Part shown: piece by piece, positions 56,775-64,000 of the stretch
Position numbering within the stretch: the first letter of the stretch is position 1
Layout: each line of letters starts with the position of its first letter
Source of the DNA: Candidatus Calescibacterium sp.
GTDB lineage: Bacteria > Calescibacteriota > Calescibacteriia > Calescibacteriales > Calescibacteriaceae
Direction of reading: 5' to 3'
NCBI GenBank assembly: GCA_032249135.1
Contig: JAVVGL010000007.1
Span: 17,407-81,406 of the forward strand
DNA: 64,000 nt
Position numbers and translations under genes: made by a program
The notes under the pieces: model-generated
Seen by the model: the letters and a program-made list of their open reading frames with translations, nothing else
What the model was told of the DNA's origin: nothing
Databases searched by the model: none

Positions 56775-58758
56775 AGCTTTTATATCTGACATAATATCTA
56801 AGTTTTGTACAGAAAAAAAATCTTGCCAAGAAATAAAGAGAAAAGAAATCATATTTATAGATGATAAAGAAGATTTTGTTTTTTCAGATAAGTTGAAAAG
56901 TTTAATATTTGATATATTTGGTCAAGATTTAGCTGTTATTGACAGAAAAGAATTTTTTGATTTGATATGGTCAATCAAAGTTAATTACAAAAAGAAAAGG
57001 AGAGGAGCTTTCACCATAAGAACTCATAGCGAAATTCACAAATTTTTGTTCTACCTTTGGATTGAAATGATAACCGGATTAAAACTTTATAAGCAAAATT
57101 GGAAAATTGAAAACCTTGATGATCTTGCTTTCAGTTTAGGGGCAAATTATAGATTTCCTGTTGCGTCTTTGTTGCAAATTTCAACAAAAAATATGATTCA
57201 TACCCTCACAAAAACTATAGAGCTCATATGTGAAGGAAAATTTTTTGTTTTAGATAGTGTTGAAAGTTTGGCAGTAGCACTTTTGCTTTCTTACTCATCT
57301 CCAAAATCAAAAAATATGATGATTTTCACTGATAAGGAAAAATTGTTGCCGTCTTATCTTAAAGCTGAATGTTTAAAACCAATATTTGAAAGGATAGGAG
57401 AACATCAAGAAGAAAAAAAATATTCATCTGTTGTATTTTTCTGCGACTTTGATGGAACAATAGCAAAAAAAGATGTCTCAATTGCTGTTCTTGATAAATT
57501 CACTGATGGAGAATGGAGAAACTCTTTGAGGTCGGTCGTTGCAGGAAACATAGGTTCAAAGGATGTATATAAACTTGTGAAAGATAAAATAAAAGGTAAT
57601 TTGGGAGAAATGAGAAAGTTTGCTCGTGAATTCGTTGAGATTGAAGATGGATTTTTAGATTTCGCTGAATTTTTGCAAAGGAACTCTTTTGACTTGCAAA
57701 TCGTTTCTGATGGATTTTCATTTTATATAAGCGAGATTTTAGAGAAATTTAATTTGAAGATAAAATTTTACTCTTCCGAACTCCTATATGATGATGTAAG
57801 GAAAACTTTTGACTTCTCTTTTCCGAACGAAAGCGATTTTTGTTTTCTATGTGCCACATGCAAGCTGAAAATAATAAGAAAGAATGAAAATTATTTCCGT
57901 GTTTTCATAGGAAACGGAATTTCAGATAGATGTGCTGTTGAATCTGCCGAAATTATCTTTGCAAAATCACGGCTCAAACAAATATGCTTCATCAAAGGAC
58001 TTGATTTTTTCAAATTTGAGAACTTTCATGATATTATTCACATCGTAAGGAAGAATTTGAAAGGTTTTATAATAGATTTTGATGGAACTATTGGCTGGTC
58101 ATACGAAGGAATCCTTGATGCATTCAGGTATACTTTCAGAAAGTTTAACCTTGAAGTTCCAGATGGAATAGAGAAATTGATAGGTCTTCCTCTTCGCGAT
58201 TGCTTCAAATTAACTTTGGGGGAAGATAAAGCCGATAAAGCAGTTGAAATTTTCCGCAAAAGATATAGAAAGGTTTTTTTGAGGAAAACTTATCTTGCCA
58301 ACGGAGTAAAAGAAACATTGGAACTTCTCAAAAAATTGAATTACAAAATAGCAATTCTTTCAAACAAAAAAGGAGATATATTGAGGCAACTTCTTGCGCA
58401 TTTTGAAATTGACCATCTTGTGGATTTAGCAGTAGGTGAGGGAGATGTTTTGGATGAAAATTCAAGAGTCATTCTTAAACCGAATCCTCGTGTTATTGAT
58501 TTTGTTCTCTCAAAATTAGGTTTATCAAGAGAGGAAGTTTTTATCGTAGGAGATAGTTTTGTTGATTTTGAAACTGCAAAAGCATCAAACACAGATTATA
58601 TACACCTTTATAGATTTGATTCAGATCTTGATAAGCTAAATTCAGCCTGCGGATTTATCTCGTCTATATCAGGACTCAAAAATATAGGAAATTTTTACCA
58701 CCAACTCAAACGGAAATTATTTTTTGAAGAAAATATCTCAAAAAAAGTTCATCCCTAA
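56755..58758 (+). CDS. Fusion: unknown N-terminal domain + MtnX-like HAD-IB phosphatase + Gph-like HAD-IA phosphatase
   Basis: CDFDGTI...VSDG...CATCK...IGNGISD, then IDFDGTI...LSNK...KPNP...VGDS.VD. Confidence 0.78.
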   Translation: MEEGKIEAFISDIISKFCTEKKSCQEIKRKEIIFIDDKEDFVFSDKLKSLIFDIFGQDLAVIDRKEFFDLIWSIKVNYKKKRRGAFTIRTHSEIHKFLFYLWIEMITGLKLYKQNWKIENLDDLAFSLGANYRFPVASLLQISTKNMIHTLTKTIELICEGKFFVLDSVESLAVALLLSYSSPKSKNMMIFTDKEKLLPSYLKAECLKPIFERIGEHQEEKKYSSVVFFCDFDGTIAKKDVSIAVLDKFTDGEWRNSLRSVVAGNIGSKDVYKLVKDKIKGNLGEMRKFAREFVEIEDGFLDFAEFLQRNSFDLQIVSDGFSFYISEILEKFNLKIKFYSSELLYDDVRKTFDFSFPNESDFCFLCATCKLKIIRKNENYFRVFIGNGISDRCAVESAEIIFAKSRLKQICFIKGLDFFKFENFHDIIHIVRKNLKGFIIDFDGTIGWSYEGILDAFRYTFRKFNLEVPDGIEKLIGLPLRDCFKLTLGEDKADKAVEIFRKRYRKVFLRKTYLANGVKETLELLKKLNYKIAILSNKKGDILRQLLAHFEIDHLVDLAVGEGDVLDENSRVILKPNPRVIDFVLSKLGLSREEVFIVGDSFVDFETAKASNTDYIHLYRFDSDLDKLNSACGFISSISGLKNIGNFYHQLKRKLFFEENISKKVHP

Positions 58759-58801
58759 TTGATTATTAATTCCAAAATTAAATTAGAAGGGGGATGCCGA
58801 T

Positions 58802-59983
58802 ATGGAAATGGTAAGGGATGGAAAGTTTTATGATGAGATAAGACAGCAAGTAAGAGAGTTTGCCGAAAAGGAAATCAGACCAATAGCTCATAAATACGAC
58901 AAAGAAGATAAAGAAATACCATGGGAGATAATCCACAGGATGGCTGAACTTGGATACTTTGGAATTTTAGTTCCTGAAAAGTGGGGTGGGCTTGGTTTAG
59001 ATTATATGAGTATGGCAATAGTTGCTGAGGAACTTTCTCGGGTCTGGCTATCTTGTGGGAGCGTGATGACAAGAAACATAATTGCAGAAACTCTTCTTTT
59101 GAATAACGGAACAGAGGAGCAAAAGAAAAGATGGTTGCCAGGACTTGCTCAAGGGAAAATTTTCGCTGCTGCTGCTTTTACTGAACCGAACGCCGGTAGC
59201 GATACAGCTGGTATGAAACTAAAAGCTCAAAAAGTGAATGGTGGATGGATTCTCAACGGAACGAAAACATGGTGCACTTTTGCAAACAGAGCTAATATCT
59301 TGGTTGTTCTCGCGAGAACAGATCCAAACCCACCGAAAAGGCACATGGGACTATCTATTTTTATAGTTGAAAAAGAGCCATCAGAAGCTCATGAGGGAAT
59401 AAAGCATCCGAATATAGTTGGTGAGCTTATAGAGACGGTAGGTTATCATGGTATGCACTGTTGGACTTTGCACTTTGAGGATTGCTTTGTTCCCGACGAA
59501 AATCTTATAGGCTTGGAGCCGGGAAAAGGTTTCTATCAGCTTATGCAAACTTATGAATCAGCAAGAATTCAAACAGCTGCGAGGGCAGTTGGAGTTGCAC
59601 AAGGAGCTTTTGAACTTGCAATAAAGTACTCAAAAGAAAGGTATCAGTTTGAAAGACCAATTTCGGAGTTTCAACTCATAAGGGCTAAACTTGCCAAGAT
59701 GATGACTTACATAGAGGCTGCAAGACAGCTCACTTATTACGCCTGCAAAATGAAAGACTCTGGAAAAAGATGCGATTTGGAGGCAGGGATGGCAAAACTT
59801 TTTGCAGCTGAAATGGTAGAATATGTTACATCAGAAGCTATGCAGATCTTCGGTGGATACGGATACTCAAAAGAGTATGAAATAGAAAGATATTGGAGAG
59901 ATGGGAGACTTTTCAGAATATTTGAGGGAACTTCTGAAATTCAAGAGGAAGTTATAGCAAAGCGTCTACTTGAAATTTATTGA
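58802..59983 (+). CDS. Acyl-CoA dehydrogenase
   Basis: FTEPNAGSD, LNGTKTW, RYQFERPI..FQ, AMQIFGGYGY..EY.IERYWRD..IFEGTSEIQ. Confidence 0.93.
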   Translation: MEMVRDGKFYDEIRQQVREFAEKEIRPIAHKYDKEDKEIPWEIIHRMAELGYFGILVPEKWGGLGLDYMSMAIVAEELSRVWLSCGSVMTRNIIAETLLLNNGTEEQKKRWLPGLAQGKIFAAAAFTEPNAGSDTAGMKLKAQKVNGGWILNGTKTWCTFANRANILVVLARTDPNPPKRHMGLSIFIVEKEPSEAHEGIKHPNIVGELIETVGYHGMHCWTLHFEDCFVPDENLIGLEPGKGFYQLMQTYESARIQTAARAVGVAQGAFELAIKYSKERYQFERPISEFQLIRAKLAKMMTYIEAARQLTYYACKMKDSGKRCDLEAGMAKLFAAEMVEYVTSEAMQIFGGYGYSKEYEIERYWRDGRLFRIFEGTSEIQEEVIAKRLLEIY

Positions 59984-59989
59984 TTTTAT

Positions 59990-61450
59990 ATGCTCCATGG
60001 CAAAAAAGCAATAGAAATATCTTATCTTATAAAATCAAAAGAACTGAAGGTAAAAGAAGTAGTTGAATATTTTCTCAAAAAAATAAAAGAAAAAGATGAT
60101 AAGATAAAAGCTTTTATAACTATATGTGAGGAGGAAGCTATAGCGCAAGCAGAAAAAGTTCAAGAAGGTATAATAAAAGGTGAATTTTCAGATTCAAAAA
60201 TAGTTGGAGTTCCCATTGCTGTAAAAGACAACATCGTAACACATAATATAAAAACAACTTGTGCTTCAAAAATTCTTGAAAACTGGATACCCCCATACGA
60301 TGCAACAGTTATAAGAAAACTAAAATCAGCTGGTGCAATAATAATAGGAAAGACGAATCTTGATGAGTTCGCTATGGGATCATCAACGGAAAACTCTGCC
60401 TTTTTCCCGACGAGAAATCCATTTGATTTAGAAAGAGTTCCAGGAGGTTCTTCTGGTGGTTCAGCAGCAGCTGTTGGAAGTGGTCAGGTTCTTTTAGCTC
60501 TTGGATCAGATACCGGTGGTTCAATAAGACAGCCTGCGAGTTTCTGCGGAGTCTTCGGACTTTGTCCAACTTATGGAAGAGTTTCAAGATTCGGTCTTGT
60601 TGCTTTTGCTTCTTCTCTTGATAGAATTGGTCCTTTTTCTGCTTTTGCGGACGATTGTGCAGCTTTACTTTATCATATAGCGGGATATGACCCCCTTGAT
60701 TCAACCTGTCCGCCGGTCCCAGTACCTGATTACATTCAGGTTATAAATGAGATGATAGATAAAAAAGTTAAATTGAAAATGGGAGTTCCTCGTGAATTTT
60801 TTGATGTTGATGGGCTTGACCAAAGAGTTAAATCAAAGGTTTTGTATGCAATAGAAAGATTGAGTTCTGAATTTGGATTTGAAATTGTTGATATTTCTTT
60901 GCCGATGGTAAAATATGCTTTGCCTATATATTACATAATTGCTCCCGCTGAGGCTTCTTCAAACCTTGCAAGATATGACGGAGTAAAATACGGAACCAGA
61001 GTTGAGGGTGAAAATATTTTTGATATGTATTGCAAAACGAGAAATGCTGGATTTGGAGATGAAGTCAAAAGAAGAATTTTCATAGGAACATTTGTCCTTT
61101 CATCAGGGTATTATGATGCCTACTATCTTAAAGCTCAAAAGGCAATTACTGTTGTGATAAAAGAGTTTCAAGAAGCTTTCAGTAAGGTTGATATTATAGC
61201 TTGCCCAACTTCGCCCGAAGTTCCTTTCAAACTTGGAGAAAAAACAGACGACCCAATAAAAATGTACCTTTCTGATATTTTCACTATACCATCATCAATT
61301 GCGGGACTTCCGGCTATATCTTGTCCTGTAGGATTTGTCGTGGAGGATGGGAAGAAACTACCAGTCGGACTTCAAATCATAGGGAAACCCTTTGATGAAG
61401 CAACTATTTTGTTTGTTGCAAAATGTGTAGAACTTTTGAAACTTGAGTAG
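59990..61450 (+). CDS. gatA: Asp/Glu-tRNA(Asn/Gln) amidotransferase subunit A
   Basis: AVKDNI, GKTNLDEFAMGSSTE, GGSSGGS, GSDTGGSIRQPA, SSNLARYDG, GYYDAYY. Confidence 0.97.
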   Translation: MLHGKKAIEISYLIKSKELKVKEVVEYFLKKIKEKDDKIKAFITICEEEAIAQAEKVQEGIIKGEFSDSKIVGVPIAVKDNIVTHNIKTTCASKILENWIPPYDATVIRKLKSAGAIIIGKTNLDEFAMGSSTENSAFFPTRNPFDLERVPGGSSGGSAAAVGSGQVLLALGSDTGGSIRQPASFCGVFGLCPTYGRVSRFGLVAFASSLDRIGPFSAFADDCAALLYHIAGYDPLDSTCPPVPVPDYIQVINEMIDKKVKLKMGVPREFFDVDGLDQRVKSKVLYAIERLSSEFGFEIVDISLPMVKYALPIYYIIAPAEASSNLARYDGVKYGTRVEGENIFDMYCKTRNAGFGDEVKRRIFIGTFVLSSGYYDAYYLKAQKAITVVIKEFQEAFSKVDIIACPTSPEVPFKLGEKTDDPIKMYLSDIFTIPSSIAGLPAISCPVGFVVEDGKKLPVGLQIIGKPFDEATILFVAKCVELLKLE

Positions 61451-61479
61451 GAAAATCCCAGAAGATTTCAAAGAAAATC

Positions 61480-63948
61480 TCAGAATATCTCAAAATCGTG
61501 AATTTGTTTATTTTCTTCTTTGCTGTTTTTCTCCTCATTTTCAGTTTCAATTTTCCCCTTTTCCTCTTCTTCTTTTGTTATTGAGTTTTGGAAGAAGCTT
61601 TGAGGTAGAGCCATGATATAGTAATTTGAATTGGATAATTCTCCTGTTTTTGGGTCTATTTTTGCAAATGCTACACCGTCTGGAACCTTAAAATCTTCTC
61701 CTTTTAGTTTCTGCTGATATTTCTTCATGAATTCGACGAATATGGGGAGTGCAACGGTTGGACCTGCCGCGACCCTTGGACCTATTGGAGTAAAATCATC
61801 TTTTCCCACCCAAACTGCTACTACTATTTCAGGTGTGAAACCTATAAACCATGTATCTCTGCCTTTGTTTGATGTGCCTGTTTTTCCGGCTACTGGAACT
61901 TTGAGAACTTTTGCTCTCCAACCGGTTCCGTGTAGAACTACATTTCTCATCATCCATGCCATAATAAATGCTGTCTGATCTGATAAAACTTTTTGTTCTT
62001 TGTTTTCCTCTTCAAAAATTGTGTGCCCCCCCTTTTCTATTTTTGTTATTATTTTTGTTTTCACGAGTTTTCCTCCATTTGCAAACGGTATGTAAGCCCT
62101 TGCAATTTCAAGTGGGCTTAGGGAAATTGAGCCCAAAGCTATTGTCAAATCTTTGTTTGTACCAGATACATCAATTCCTAATTTTTCCATAGTATCTACT
62201 ATTCTTTGAAGACCGATTTTGCTTGCAACCCTTACTGTTGCTGCATTTATTGATTTTGCAAGAGCTTCTTGAATTGTTATATATCCTGAAAATCCTTCAA
62301 AGTTTTTTGGTGTCCATTCTTGAATTTCGCTTTCGTTTGCTCCCGCTTCTTTCCATTCAAAAACTACTGGTGTATCTTCAACCTGAGTTGCTGGTGTGAA
62401 TAATCCGCTCTCTATTGCGGCAGTATATACTATGGGTTTTATTGCAGACCCAACCTGTCTTTTTGCCTGAGTTGCTCTTATAAATTGTGTTCTTGTGAAA
62501 TCGTATCCGCCCACAAGGCAGAGTATATCTCCGTTTTTTGGTGAGATGACAATAATTGCTCCTTCAAGTTCAACTCTTTCTGGAATTGGGCAGAAAAATT
62601 TTTCATCAGCGCACTTTCTTACAACTATTTTTTGACCTACCTTGAGAACTTCTGCAAATTCTGGACTTATAAATCCGATCTGATTTTTGTTGTTAGATTT
62701 TGATTTTTTCTTATCAATATTATTTCCTGTTTTTTCTTCTTGAATGTCGTATACTATTGCTCTTATTCCTGTTGAGCTCACTTGCATTATCTCTGCAAAA
62801 AATAATTTATCTTTTTCTTCAAACTCTTTTTCTTCTCCTGAGGGAAAGATTAGACTTTTTAATCTTGGAGATACTTTTATTTTTTCGGGGTTTGTGAGGG
62901 GAGGTTTTCCGTTCAGAATTTCAACTCTTTCTATTCCCCATCTCAAAGCTGTTTCAGCGTATTCGTAGCAATCCTCATCCAAAGTTGTAAAGACTTTATA
63001 ACCTCTTTTTATTTCTTCCTCATCTCCTATGAGATTCAAAAATTCTCTTCTTACTTGCTCTAATGACCAAAAATATTTTGTAAATCCTCCGTCCCACGAC
63101 CATATTTTAATTTTTTCATTTTTAGCTTTCTCGTATTCAGATTCTGTTATAAAACCAAGTTCTTTCATTCTTTCAAGTACCCAAAGTTGCCTTTTTCTTG
63201 CTGAATCTGGGTATCTTATAGGTGAATAATAGACCGGCGATTTTGGGAGAGCTGCAAGCAAGGCTGCTTCTGCTAAGGTTAGGTCTTTTAGGTCTTTTTT
63301 AAAGTAGTTTCTTGCTGCTGCTTTTATGCCCCAAGCTCCATTCCCAAAATATATTGAGGAAAGATACAACGATAAAATTTCTTCTTTTGTCATTACTCTC
63401 TCTATTTTTATCGCATATGCTATTTCTTTCAGTTTGCGATCAAATGTTCTTTCATGAGAGAGGAAAAGATTTTTTGCAAGTTGCTGAGTTATTGTGCTTC
63501 CTCCTTGAACTATTCTTCCCTCACGTATGTTATTTATTGCTGCTCTTATGATTGCTTTCGGATTTATGCCCTTGTGTGAGAAAAAATCTTCATCCTCTGC
63601 TGCTACAAAAGCTTCAATTACATAGCGTGGTATTTGATCATACTTTACGAGCTCTTTATATCTTTCAAAAATTGTCCCTATTATTTTGTCGTTTCTTGAG
63701 ATGAAAAATGTTGGTTCCGGGATTGAGTAAAACTTTGAAAGAATTTCCTCACGAGTTATATTATCTTTGCTGAATTTCTCAAAGAAAGCTACGATTATTT
63801 CCGGCTTGAAATAAGATATGAATCCAAATCCGACCATTAGCCCAAAAAATAAAAATGCACTGATAAAAACTACCCTTATTATTGTCCTTTTAATTCTTGT
63901 TGTGCTGCGAGTTCTCTTTTTGAACTCTATTTTTGCCTCGAGCTTCAC
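61480..63948 (-). CDS. mrcA: Class A penicillin-binding protein 1A
   Basis: Transglycosylase motifs (AAED..F, GGSTITQQLAKN, RKLKE) and transpeptidase motifs SxxK (SAIK), SxN (SIN) and KTGT. Confidence 0.92.
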   Translation of the reverse strand: MKLEAKIEFKKRTRSTTRIKRTIIRVVFISAFLFFGLMVGFGFISYFKPEIIVAFFEKFSKDNITREEILSKFYSIPEPTFFISRNDKIIGTIFERYKELVKYDQIPRYVIEAFVAAEDEDFFSHKGINPKAIIRAAINNIREGRIVQGGSTITQQLAKNLFLSHERTFDRKLKEIAYAIKIERVMTKEEILSLYLSSIYFGNGAWGIKAAARNYFKKDLKDLTLAEAALLAALPKSPVYYSPIRYPDSARKRQLWVLERMKELGFITESEYEKAKNEKIKIWSWDGGFTKYFWSLEQVRREFLNLIGDEEEIKRGYKVFTTLDEDCYEYAETALRWGIERVEILNGKPPLTNPEKIKVSPRLKSLIFPSGEEKEFEEKDKLFFAEIMQVSSTGIRAIVYDIQEEKTGNNIDKKKSKSNNKNQIGFISPEFAEVLKVGQKIVVRKCADEKFFCPIPERVELEGAIIVISPKNGDILCLVGGYDFTRTQFIRATQAKRQVGSAIKPIVYTAAIESGLFTPATQVEDTPVVFEWKEAGANESEIQEWTPKNFEGFSGYITIQEALAKSINAATVRVASKIGLQRIVDTMEKLGIDVSGTNKDLTIALGSISLSPLEIARAYIPFANGGKLVKTKIITKIEKGGHTIFEEENKEQKVLSDQTAFIMAWMMRNVVLHGTGWRAKVLKVPVAGKTGTSNKGRDTWFIGFTPEIVVAVWVGKDDFTPIGPRVAAGPTVALPIFVEFMKKYQQKLKGEDFKVPDGVAFAKIDPKTGELSNSNYYIMALPQSFFQNSITKEEEEKGKIETENEEKNSKEENKQIHDFEIF

Positions 63949-64000
63949 AAAAATAAAAATTAATCTTTAATTGATTCAAGGTAAATTTTATAAGAAGATG

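Overview
A gene-dense, AT-rich window from a bacterial chromosome. Lys/Glu/Ile-rich proteins, purine-rich coding strands and GC-rich tRNA stems suggest a thermophile. An outer-membrane barrel candidate and T2SS parts suggest it is diderm, and fliN, an MCP, PilZ and GGDEF genes suggest it is motile. It holds about 54 CDS, mostly housekeeping or metabolic (khpA, acpP, dxr, tatA, holB, gmk, rtcB, degP, sufB, thiC, rimP, cobJ, kup, gatA, PBP1A), two tRNAs (His-GTG, Arg-TCT) and one intein (in SufB). I saw no CRISPR array, IS element, integrase or prophage. Main observations: (1) rtcB starts 6 nt after the CCA of tRNA-Arg(UCU), and its only SD-like sequence lies inside the tRNA acceptor stem, which could form a tRNA-damage-coupled switch (hypothesis). 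(2) There is a bacterial homologue of the mitochondrial CDP-DAG synthase Tam41. (3) Many genes carry a TAnnnT-N6-8-ATG signature of leaderless mRNAs, and normally operonic genes occur singly. (4) The SufB intein has lost the acidic residue of its second LAGLIDADG motif. (5) A 53-aa polyproline ORF is missing from the ORF track. (6) There is a 1722-aa Ig/FG-GAP lipoprotein. (7) Several enzymes have altered catalytic motifs or unusual fusions: a Cys->Ser nitrilase-fold protein, a degenerate AbiEii-like NTase and a double-HAD fusion. All family calls come from motif recognition by eye, with no database searches.
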